From Candidatus Poseidoniaceae archaeon (lineage in GTDB: Archaea; Thermoplasmatota; Poseidoniia; Poseidoniales; Poseidoniaceae): a stretch of DNA of 64,000 nt. Below the pieces are notes generated by a model that was given only the letters and a program-made list of their open reading frames with translations, made no database searches and was not told the DNA's origin. How positions within the stretch are numbered: position 1 is the stretch's first letter; the number at the start of each line of letters is the position of its first letter. Below are positions 48,456-58,800 of this stretch, piece after piece. Where the stretch lies: assembly GCA_938030705.1 (NCBI GenBank), contig CALHIR010000003.1, positions 36,706 through 100,705 of the forward strand. The letters run 5' to 3'. The translations under genes were made by a program, and so were the position numbers.

Positions 48456-50408
48456 ATGACACACCGCTTGCCAGCTCCCATCCTTTCCTTACTCCTCGCC
48501 GTTTTGATGGTGGGCGTGACCTCCTCACCCGTCTTTACCGCCTTCCAGGAAGCCCCGCTCGTGTCCCCAACCGAAGGTCGTCAAGACACGCTGGACGTTG
48601 ATTGCAGCGGATACTCGTTTGAAGACCTCTTTGAATACGATTTTGCCCTGTTTGAACTGAATATTTTGGACGATTGGGCGACCGGCGACATGTATGCAAA
48701 CGCTTGGGTTAACGGCTCAAATTCCGCCATTGTCCGAGACAACCTCGACGGGTTGTTCGAGGGTCTGCCTGGAGGCGACAACGAATGGATCAGCACCGAT
48801 GAGCGAGACGCTGTCCGCAGCATTGGACCGAAATGCATTGCCGACATGGAAACGCGGTTGGGCATGCGTGAAGGCATCCCGCATTCCGGCGGCGTGGACT
48901 GGAACGACTTCGAATTTGTTGAAGACGGCATCGGTCTTGACGAGGTCAATTTGGTACCAGAAGGCCACCAGGACGCTCGTCAGTGCACAAACTTCGGCGC
49001 TGCTGCTGACTGCCAGGAAGTGCCCACCTCCACGACCGACGACATGGAAATCAGCCTCTCGGTCGCCGATGGCCAAGCCAATAACGTTCGTTGGGATCAA
49101 CTTCCAAACAGTGGCGTCTCCAATTTCACCCTCGCCATGAACATCAGTAACATGAGCAATGCAGCGCTGGTTGTCACCTTCCCGGTCCTTCAAGGCCTCC
49201 GCCTCTATGATTTCCGTGTGCTCGACAACCAGCCCGAAAGTGGCCAAACTTGCGACCACATTGGTGAACCCTCGTTCACCTACCTTCCCGACGGTGCGCT
49301 AAGGGTCACCCAGCTGGTCTCCTTTGACCGGACCCTGTGGGACTTGGAATGCAACATGTTCATGGATTTCACCACTCAAGAACCCGAAACGAACGAGCCC
49401 CCAGTATGGACGCAAGCCACACCGGTTAACGGCACCAAAATCCCCACTTCCGGAGCAGGTACGTGGCGCTTCGCCATGGCCGAGACTGGGAACGCTTGGG
49501 CCACCGATGAGGATGGATGGTCCCTTCAGTGCACGTTTGAAGAAGATGGATGGAGCGTTTCAACCAACGTTCTCGGAGACTTCTTTGTTACGCAACCGGA
49601 ATCTTCCACGCAATCCATGGCCACCTGTCATGCGGTTGACCCGTTGGGGGCCGTGGACGAAAACGACTCACGAACATGGACCTTCGGCACCCTCTACACC
49701 GCCACGGGCACCGTGGATGAAGATGGGAAGAACGCCAGATTGACCATCACCCCCTCAGGTCTTGTCAACGAATTCCTCTTCACCGCACGTGGCCTACAAA
49801 ACGGACAACTGGGCGGAGCAGGTGAGACCATCACCGTCGCCTCATCACCCGTGACCTCCGCCGTTTCGCTGACCAACCTTCGCCCCGGTGCGTTTGAATT
49901 CAGCGTCAGTGCTGAAGCCTCCAACATGTTGGCGCATGCCGCAGAATTCTCTCTTGGCCTGACCAAACCAAACTCTCCACCCGTCGTTTCTGTTGCCGTT
50001 AACTTTGACGGAGAAAACGCTACCTGGGACGAAAGCCAACTCAAGTTTGAGATGTTTGGCCTCGTGTCAGATCCCGACTTGGAAGCCGTGACCATGAGCC
50101 TCACCATTTGCGGCGCTGACTATCAAGGCTTCACCATCAACGGCATCAATTGGGTCGTTGAAGTGTCAACCGCCATCTGCCTTGCTAACGGCCTATCGGA
50201 TTACGATGTCGTCATCACGGCCGTTGACGAATCGGGAGCCACTACCCAACTCGCTGTGAGCATTCCAGCGCCAACGGTTGAAGACATCGGGATTGATGCG
50301 CCACCGGTTGCCGCAGATGAAGACGGCGCCCTCCCCTCCCTCTCGTTTTTGGCCACGATGGCGATGCTCGGTGTCGCTGTTCTACATCGTCGGAAAGTCG
50401 ATGAATAA
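48456..50408 (+). CDS. Secreted acidic surface protein with C-terminal sorting/anchor signal
   Basis: Signal peptide; N.PP Ig-like linkers; ends ALPSLSFLATMAMLGVAVLHRRK (Pro motif, TM, basic cluster). Confidence 0.8.
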   Translation: MTHRLPAPILSLLLAVLMVGVTSSPVFTAFQEAPLVSPTEGRQDTLDVDCSGYSFEDLFEYDFALFELNILDDWATGDMYANAWVNGSNSAIVRDNLDGLFEGLPGGDNEWISTDERDAVRSIGPKCIADMETRLGMREGIPHSGGVDWNDFEFVEDGIGLDEVNLVPEGHQDARQCTNFGAAADCQEVPTSTTDDMEISLSVADGQANNVRWDQLPNSGVSNFTLAMNISNMSNAALVVTFPVLQGLRLYDFRVLDNQPESGQTCDHIGEPSFTYLPDGALRVTQLVSFDRTLWDLECNMFMDFTTQEPETNEPPVWTQATPVNGTKIPTSGAGTWRFAMAETGNAWATDEDGWSLQCTFEEDGWSVSTNVLGDFFVTQPESSTQSMATCHAVDPLGAVDENDSRTWTFGTLYTATGTVDEDGKNARLTITPSGLVNEFLFTARGLQNGQLGGAGETITVASSPVTSAVSLTNLRPGAFEFSVSAEASNMLAHAAEFSLGLTKPNSPPVVSVAVNFDGENATWDESQLKFEMFGLVSDPDLEAVTMSLTICGADYQGFTINGINWVVEVSTAICLANGLSDYDVVITAVDESGATTQLAVSIPAPTVEDIGIDAPPVAADEDGALPSLSFLATMAMLGVAVLHRRKVDE

Positions 50409-50456
50409 ACCGACAACACCAAAAAGCGATGGTCGCAGGCCAAATCAGGTCTTGTG

Positions 50457-51542
50457 ATGTTTACTGGCACCGTTGAAGCACGAAGTCATGAAGGTGGCTT
50501 GCTGGTGCACTTTGAAGGATCATCCCCCGCACTGAACGCCATCATGGTCAGAGCAGACGACGGCACGTACATCGGAAAGGTGGACGGCGTCATCGGCAGC
50601 ACCAACCATCCATTGGCCCATGTCGCCCATATTGACCGCTCTCTCGACATGGACACACTCATCGGTGTGGGCGTGTCGGTCCGAGCTAAACAGAAGCCAA
50701 AGGAACAACGAGGTGAACGCCGAGGAGGGGATCGCCGAGACAATGACCGAGGATTCCGAAACGACCGAGGCGGACGGGACAATGACCGAGGATTCCGAAA
50801 CGACCGAGGCGGACGGGACAACAGAGGCGGGCGGGACAACAGAGGCGGCGATCGCCAACAACGTGGTTCGTTCAACGATAACGATTGGACCTGCCCGGAG
50901 TGTAAGAACTCCAACTTCGCTTTCAGGAACGCCTGCAACCGTTGCGAGGCCCCACGGCCGGGCGGCGGCGGTGGCGGCGGCGGACGACGAGACAATGACC
51001 GAGGCTTCCGAAACGACCGAGGCGGACGAGACAACAACCGAGGATTCCGAAACGACCGGGGCGGACGGGACAACAACCGAGGATTCCGAAACGACCGAGG
51101 CGGACGAGACAACAACCGAGGCTTCCAAAACGACCGGGGCGGACGGGACAACAGAGGTGGCGACCGCCAACAACGTGGTACGTTCAACGATAACGATTGG
51201 ACCTGCCCCCAATGTCAGAACTCCAATTTTGCTTTCAGGAACGCCTGCAACCGTTGCGAAGCCCCACGACCGGGCGGCGGTGGGGGCGGCGGCGGACGGC
51301 GAGACAATAACCGTCAGCGTTCCGGCGGCTACCAACAAAGAGACGGTAACCGTGGACGAGGCTATGATGGCGGTCAACAACGAGGACGACCGCCGCACAG
51401 CCGTGGTGGTTCTGGCCCACAACGTCGTGAATCAACGGATGTCCAACCCCGCAGAGCCAAAGGGAAGCGCTCAGGTCATGCTCACAATCAACCACCTCGA
51501 GATTTCAGAGCGCCCCGAAGGTTTGAGCGCAGAGATGACTGA
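50457..51542 (+). CDS. Gar1/Naf1-like domain fused to RGG repeats and two RanBP2-type zinc fingers
   Basis: N-terminal GTV...GGLLV...PALNA...IGKVDGVIGSTNHPLAHV (Gar1-like); DWTCPxCxNSNFAFRNACNRCEAPRP twice; many RGG. Confidence 0.8.
   Translation: MFTGTVEARSHEGGLLVHFEGSSPALNAIMVRADDGTYIGKVDGVIGSTNHPLAHVAHIDRSLDMDTLIGVGVSVRAKQKPKEQRGERRGGDRRDNDRGFRNDRGGRDNDRGFRNDRGGRDNRGGRDNRGGDRQQRGSFNDNDWTCPECKNSNFAFRNACNRCEAPRPGGGGGGGGRRDNDRGFRNDRGGRDNNRGFRNDRGGRDNNRGFRNDRGGRDNNRGFQNDRGGRDNRGGDRQQRGTFNDNDWTCPQCQNSNFAFRNACNRCEAPRPGGGGGGGGRRDNNRQRSGGYQQRDGNRGRGYDGGQQRGRPPHSRGGSGPQRRESTDVQPRRAKGKRSGHAHNQPPRDFRAPRRFERRDD
50739..51310 (+). repeat. Nested in-frame tandem repeats and module duplication
   Basis: 39-bp unit (DN[DN]RGF[RQ]NDRGGR) x2 at 50739-50816 and x4 at 50991-51146; 18-bp DNRGG units; zinc-finger modules begin at 50883 and 51195 (312 bp apart). 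Confidence 0.92.
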
Positions 51543-51556
51543 ATGGACGTGAGCAA

Positions 51557-52591
51557 ATGAGTGCTGAATCGCATTACCTCAATGCGCTCGAAGCCCTTGA
51601 TGAAGGCGACCGAGACCTCGCGAAGAAAGAAGCCAAAAAGGCAGCATCGATTGACCCAGACCACGTTGAGGCATGGTCTGTTTATGTCGAAGCCTGTCTC
51701 CCCCCACCCGGCGTACCGGCCTCGATGTCACAGGCTGCTCAAGCCCTCTCGGCCATCAAGAAAATCATCGCGGTTGACCCAAACCGGATGGACATGTGGG
51801 TGCAAGGTGGTCGACTCATGGCCGACGACCTTGGTATGCTTCACGACGCCCTTCATTGGTGGCAAGACTGCCGGGAAATCGCACCGCGGGAGGTCACGCC
51901 CGTGGTCGAGATGGCTTCAATCCTCGCTGACATGGGCGAGTATGCCGCAGCCCAGGAGAGGCTCCAATCCATTCTGGACGACAACATGGATGTGGGCATG
52001 ACCCAATTTCGTAAGATCAATGCGCTTCTCCAGCTCGTGCGAGCAGCCGCCACCCAGCAGGAAAAGGATATTTTCAAACCCTACGAAAAGCATCACGACG
52101 GATGGGAAGCGATTCGCCAAAAAATGCGAAAACCCCCGATGTCTGAGAATTTCATTTTCCTCATCACAGCGGTTCCGATTCTGCTGATTCTGGTGGTCAT
52201 GCTGCAAGGAATCGGACAACCGTCTTTCGCCACCCTCTGTTTGAACACCCTTGTCATTTTGATTGTCATCATGGTGTGTATGCGCAATGCAAAGCGTTGG
52301 TTCCAAATTATCAACCGCCCAGCCTTCAATCTTTTACGAGCGATGAACTTTGAAGCCGCTACAGGCTATACCGTGCTCGAAGAGGACATCCGAACCTCGG
52401 TCCTCTACATGTACATCATGCAGCGCAAACCAACTTCTTGGCAGGAACGAACGTTGAAAATCATCGATAATGGCAAACCGCTTCCAAACAACTGGCGCCT
52501 TCGACTTCCCGACTTTGAATCCCATTTGGTGGAAAGCGAAGAGCGGGCCCCCGACCAAACGTCTCTCGGAGCATTTTGGGAGGAAGAGTGA
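51557..52591 (+). CDS. TPR-containing protein with two TM helices
   Basis: AASIDPDHVEAW, DPNRMDMW, MGEYAAAQERL TPR-like repeats; two hydrophobic helices. Confidence 0.8.
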   Translation: MSAESHYLNALEALDEGDRDLAKKEAKKAASIDPDHVEAWSVYVEACLPPPGVPASMSQAAQALSAIKKIIAVDPNRMDMWVQGGRLMADDLGMLHDALHWWQDCREIAPREVTPVVEMASILADMGEYAAAQERLQSILDDNMDVGMTQFRKINALLQLVRAAATQQEKDIFKPYEKHHDGWEAIRQKMRKPPMSENFIFLITAVPILLILVVMLQGIGQPSFATLCLNTLVILIVIMVCMRNAKRWFQIINRPAFNLLRAMNFEAATGYTVLEEDIRTSVLYMYIMQRKPTSWQERTLKIIDNGKPLPNNWRLRLPDFESHLVESEERAPDQTSLGAFWEEE

Positions 52592-52800
52592 ACACCTCCA
52601 CTCACCGTTCAATGGTCATGGAACCAATTGATGGCCCCCTGCTTCAGATGCGTACCATGGATTACCTCTGGGGTTCCAATCCCAAAGCAGCAATACCCAA
52701 TCAAGGGTCTCCACCAAGGCGAGCAGACCGCCTATGAATCGCTCTTCTTCGATGACATCCAGAGGCATGACACGCCGTACACTCAAACCAATCGATACCA

Positions 52801-52818
52801 AAGCGCCTCAAGGCGCTT
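52801..52818. terminator. Hairpin just after the giant surface-protein stop codon
   Basis: AAGCGCC-TCAA-GGCGCTT, 4 bp beyond the stop at 52823, between convergent genes. Confidence 0.35.
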
Positions 52819-52822
52819 GGCC

Positions 52823-55800
52823 TCATTGTTGTGATTGAGCGTATTGGATAGCGTATTGCTGAGCGTAAGCGGCTGCGGTCGCAGCATCGTACCCTTGGCC
52901 TACGAACTGTTGGTAGTATTGTTCGTAAATCGCCTGGTCAAACGCTGCTGCTGCGGGTTGGGCTGCTGCCGCTGGTTGAGCTGCTGCTGCCGCCGCTGGT
53001 TGAGCTGCTGCACCGCCCACATATTGGGCTGCGAAAGCTCTCGCTGTTTCTTCAGGATAGCCTTGAGCAATCAACTGCTGCACGTACTGCTCGGTTGGGT
53101 CCAAAGCATCGGCACCGAAGGCACCTTCCATGCCACCAAAGGCGTCATCCTTCTCTCCACCACGGCGCATGAACATGAGAGTACCAACAACGATCAAAAG
53201 AAGAACGGCTCCAAGAATCATGATCATGGTGGAATCAAGTCCGCTGGAAACATCATCGCCGCTGTTGTCAGTCTGGGTGTTATCAGACCACTCACCGGTG
53301 GTTGGGTCGTAGGACCAATCTCCACTCCACTGGCAATCTCCGTTGGCGTCAAGAATGAATTCGCCGCCGGCTTCAATCGCCTGTGGGTCGGCTTCCAAAC
53401 CTTGGCAGGCAGGAAGGTTCAGTTCAATCCACTTGATGGTGACCCATCGCTCGTTGGGGTAATCGCCCTCGTAGTACTTGATGTAGACGCGCTGAGTGCG
53501 GGACTCGGCCGTGTACAATCCACTCATGTCAAGGGTGATGTCGAAGCGGTCACCGTCGCCCAACGCTGCGCTCTTATTCCAGAGGTTCTGGAGGCTCAAG
53601 TTGTACTTCATGACGGAGGAAGCGGAGAAGTTCTCTTGGAAGAAAGCCGCCTCAACGTAGACTTCGCTTGTCTCAGCGCCAGAAAGAACGCTTCCAGAAA
53701 TGGTGAGGGTGTCTTCTTGGTACTTCGAGGCGTTCAACTGAACGTTGTCCCACTGGATGGCTGGCTCTTCATCACCGAAGCCCTCGGGCACGATGACGAA
53801 GTACATTCTGTGCTTTTCAGAGAACTTGCCTGCACTGTCGTAAACAACCAATTCAATTCGAATTTGGTTCTCAGTGGTACCGGTTGAATCCACGGTGACG
53901 TTCTTGAATTTGTATGACCACTCGCCACCGCTTGCTGCGGTTTGCGTGAAAGTATGGCCGTCCAAGTCAAAGGAATCATCGCCGTATGGAGCATCGAACA
54001 GGACCTTCCATTCATAGGTCTCGATACCGTTTCCGTCAAGCGCATCTTGGTCGCTTGAGTTGCTGGCATCAAAGTGAATGACCAACTCGGCATCGTCGCC
54101 TTCACCCTGGAGGATAATGCGGTGAACATCCCATTCAACATTGGAGACCGTCTTGGTTCCTATGAATTCAACGTTGTCTTCGTAGTTGGTGCGGATGTCG
54201 ATGACGGCATCGGCTTCAGGTCGGAATTCATCAGCGTAGACGTCGTTGGTCTCAACGGTCACATCGATGGTTCGGGCGTGGCCGTTGGCATCGTGCAGCA
54301 TCAGGGTGATGTGCCACTGTTCGCCTTGAGCGCAACCGGTTTGTGAGGCGAGATCGGCCTTACAGAACATCATGCTCGGAGCATCTTCGGTTGAGTGTCC
54401 AGTGACGCCGGTGGCGAGGGTGCTTCCGTCCCAGTTGGTTGGGCCGTCGATGATCCAGTCAGCCTGGAGCGTTTCGGTGGTGGAGGTGGTGTAGCCGAAG
54501 TTCAGAGTTGCATCGCTCTTCATGTAGCGCAGAGCGTACTTGCCCGTGCTCGGGTCAATGCTTGGCGTTTCGCCGTTAATGGTCAAATCAAGACCGTTTC
54601 CGAGCGTGCCGAAGCCATCTGGGTAGGGGTTGACCTGATATTGCAAGAGGTTGCCCAAAAGCGGGAAGGTGGTGCTGTCGGCTCGCTCAGAGTGGGTCGC
54701 TACGTCAATGGTGGAGACAATGAGACCACCCGAGAAGTAGCTGCAAACGCCCAACACGGTGTCTTGGATGTCTTCTGAGGAGCGAATCAGTCGCTGGAAA
54801 TAGCCACCGTCTTCCATGTAACCATCGCAGGTTTCGGGCACATTGTTCGTGCTGACCGACTTGGTGTTCAGGACCGCTTGAGCCACACCGGAGTTAGCGT
54901 CAAAGCCTTGGAAGGCGTTGACGTCGATGTTGTCCATCACGGGGTGGTAGGGATCAGCCAAATCCATCGTGTTGTAGGTGACCTGTGTTTCCGCCGTGTC
55001 TCGGCTTTGGACGTCCAAGCCAAAGGGTAGGCGTCCAGACAATCCTTGGTCAAGTCCGTAGATTTGGCTACCGAGCGGACCCAAGTGGGCCTGCACGGTA
55101 CCACCGGCGGACATGAAGTTCTCCAAAACCGTTCGTCGTGCGGGTTCACCGAGGTACTGGTAATATCCATCCCCACCAAATTGGGTGTCCTTGGCGACCA
55201 AGACTTCCTGCCATGGCAGCACAATCTTGTCGTAGTGAGTGAACCAGCCGGCGTCGAAGTAGGTGCTCCAGTCGTTGATTTCGTACTGAGTGTACGTCAT
55301 GTCGAGCAGAGCAAGGTCTTGTTTGATGGCGGTGGTGCGAGACGAGGTGTCCGAAAGGATGGCGATGTCAACATGGTCGGCGAAACTGGCATGGAAGTAC
55401 CGCTCATTGCCGGTCTCGGTACCGTCGGCCAGTTGGCCATAGAAACTGATGTTGTAGGTCTTGCCGTCCATCCAGCCGTTCCACGGGGTGAAGGAAACGG
55501 AGGTCTTCTGTTGGCTCTGCAAGGTGACAGCGGGTCCAGAATCCACGATGTGGGCTTGGCTACCGTCAGCCATGTCGGTGACTTCCATGTAGAAGATGTA
55601 ATCTCCGGTGAGCACGCCGTTGGTGGCCTGAATGTCCCAGGAGTGGGTCAACGCACTGTCAATGGGCAAGACACATTCCAGAGTCTGGTCGTCATGGCAG
55701 GCCAGAATGTTGGGCTTACCGATGGAGATATCCACCGATTCAACGTTGAAAATCACGCGCTCGATGTTGTTGGCTTCAGACAGTTCGTTGTCGTTGTACC

Positions 55801-58800
55801 AAGGCTTGCCCATCGTGGTGTTGTCAAAGACCGTCTTCACGTCCAGACGATAGACACCAGCGAAGAACTCGTGGCTTGCGATGGTGGTCATAGCGGATTC
55901 TTCGGCGTCGACGTTGGTTCGGGAGTCGGTGTACACTGCGTCTTGAACGAAGGTGTATTCCGAGAGGGAGATGTTGTTGAAGCCGATGCCCTTGAAACCG
56001 TCATTGATACCGTTTCGACCGTCATCGTCCGATTGGAATTCAAAGTGGACGTCCACCATGGAACCTTGGAGGGACATGCACTCGGCTCGCCATTGGCTTG
56101 AATCTGGCGAGGAACGGTTCTGGATGTACAGGTGAGTCAAATCGATGCTCGTGGTCTTCACCAATTCTTCAGAGTTGAAGAAGACGTTGTAGTTGCCACT
56201 GCCGTCGGTGTTTGCCGGATCGCCGATAAAGGAAAGTTCAGTTTGGTCGATGGATTCGGTGGCGTTAATGATACCGTTGCCGTCGTCGTCGTTCTGGCAC
56301 GTGCCGTCTTCGTTGTAATCGTTCCACTGAGCGAAGACAAGACCGGAGTAGTTCGCTCCGTCCTTATCGTAGTCAACGCTCATGGTGGCGTAATCGCTGG
56401 GGTCAACATTGCCGCTCTGGTCAATGGTGTAGAACGTGTCAGCGTAATACTCAAAGTTGAGCGAAACGAAGTCCCCGCTCATGCTGGTCAAGTCGATGTT
56501 CGGGATGGTCAACGTCTCGTTGGCCCAAGCATCATCGTAGCCTGATGTGCCGGTATCGCAAGGATGGCCGAACCAGTAAGCGTTGTTGTTGAAGATCTTG
56601 GTCGAACAGCTGTTTTCGTTGTAGATGGCGCCCTTTGGCTGTTGGTTTTCTTCGTACCGGTAGCCTTGGGTGCCGCCTTCGAACGATTCCTCACAAACCG
56701 CTGAAGGAGTGCCACAGTACACGTCGGACGGGGTAGCCGAATAGACCGTGGCTTCAATGCCGAAGTCAACCGGCGTATTACCAAAGTTGTTGGTCATCAC
56801 GGAGATGTCAAAGGTCCCTTCGGCGTAAAGCCCGCCCGGATTGAAGTATTCGATGGATTCAACCGTTGGGTCGTACAGATTGAACGGGGTGACATAGCCC
56901 ACGGCGTCGTCGTTGATGTCCTGTTCATCCCAAGCATTGTTGGAGATGGTGGCCGAAATTCTGTAGGTGGTATCGTTGAGGAGGTCGGCTTGGATGGAAG
57001 TGGTGTATTCCTGTCCGGGCTGGAGGTTGCTGAGCGGACCGATGGTGGTGGATTGAGTCTGCGGGTTAGGTAGGAAAGCCGTGTTTTGTTTCCAGATGGT
57101 CAGGTTGTCAACGGCGAAACCGTCTCGACCGCTCCAACGGCTTTCGTTGTCGTCGGCCGTGGAACCTTGGAATCCGGTTCGGAAGCGGAATCGCAGGTCG
57201 ATGTTTTCACCGGCCCACGGAGAGAGGTCAAAGGAACCAAGGTCTTCCTCGGTGAAGTTGTCCCAGCCATAATAGGTGCCGGATGCGGCCAAACCGTAGT
57301 AGACGATGTTCTCAGGCGCTGCGCCCCAGGAGTTTTGCTTGAAAGCACGATCGTTGTCAAATCCACCCCAGATGGTGGCGCCGGATGGACAAGCACCTGC
57401 AATCGCCGCTTCTTGTGGGCAACCGATGAGGTTCCATCCCGTTGCTTCGCTGTACACTTCAACGATGGCGAGGTCGTCCCAAACGTCCCCGACAATGAAG
57501 CCGGTACCGTCGGAACTGCCCAAGGCACCAAGGCCAAGGTGGCGGAAGAGTTCAACGCTCATGAAAGCACGGTCTGCGCCCGTCAAGTCAACATCGTTGA
57601 GGACCATAGCGTCGTCCCAGTTCTTACCATAGCCGCTCCACGTGTCGCCGGAGCCGTTGGTTTTCATCTCTCCAGCCCACATGAAGTCGGTTGGGTTGAT
57701 GTAGTTCGCAGAGACGTTGGCATCGTTGTTTCCGCCACCGGTTGCGCCCGTCGAATGGTTGTTTTCAAGGTGCCATTTTGTAGCACCATCAACGTATTCT
57801 TCGTAGGACCAAGTACAGCCTGTGCCACATCCGGTCTTGACCTCAGGCGTATCCCAATCGTTGGAATACACGGTGTTGTTGGTCGAGTTGGCTTCGTCGA
57901 CGATCTTGAGTTCAACATCCAAGTCAGCACTCTGCCCGTTGAGGGTGTCCATGCCCGTGTTGGAGACGGTCACGTTGATGGTACGGGTTCCTTCGCCAAC
58001 GACGCCAAAGAAGCGGTCGGTCGGTGAGATCTCAAGATCGGTTACTGCCAAGTCCTTGTTATCCATCTCAACGACGGTCAGTGTATCGTACTGACCTGCC
58101 CAGCCGAAGTTGTCTCGCCATCCACCAAAGGCGTAGTTGGTGTGGCCAACCACGAGGTCCAGAGCGGACCCCGTACCGCCTTGCAATTGACCGACGGCGA
58201 CCGCTGATGGTCGGCGGCTTGCAGGATAGGAGAGCGGGCTGACGTGGCCGCCGTTTCCATCAGAAAGGGTCACCTGAACAGTGGTAGGGAAGTTGAGGAA
58301 GAAACTCGAGGTGCTCCCACCAGCCGAGTCGGATGTGTTCTGCTGGTAAGCAATGGTCGGGTTCACGAAGTCGGGCTCTCCATCGCCGTTGAGATCAGCG
58401 ACTTGAATAGCCCATGAGATGTAGGGGCCAAAGTAGGCCAACTGGGAATTTCCAAATGTCCCTTGGGCGCTGGCTTGTTTGAAGCTCACGTTCTCCAAGT
58501 TGCTGTCCATCACGGCGATGGTATCGATGTAGCCGCCGCCGCTAATATCGGCAATGGAGAAGTCTTCGGTGGTGCCAACACCCATGTTGACGTTGTGGGT
58601 GTTCGCTTGACTGGTACCGTAGGAGTAGGAGGCCGGGTAGTTTTGACTGATACAGTCGTATTCAATGATGGTGATGTTGTCGTCGGCGCCTGGGTTCGTC
58701 ACTTGACCTGTGGAGTAATCGAGGCCCTCGCTGCGGAGCAAGAAAATATCGTCGTCGGTGGTGGATGGAGCTGCTTGACATCCCAACGATGGATTCGGTT

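Noticed and set aside
50739-51146. 39-bp repeats as a CRISPR array
   Set aside because: Repeats are contiguous with no unique spacers, in frame inside a coding sequence, and no cas genes are present.
52616-52801. Small minus-strand ORF downstream of the giant gene
   Set aside because: 50-61 aa, no motif, lies beyond a hairpin between convergent genes; cannot be supported, though not excluded.
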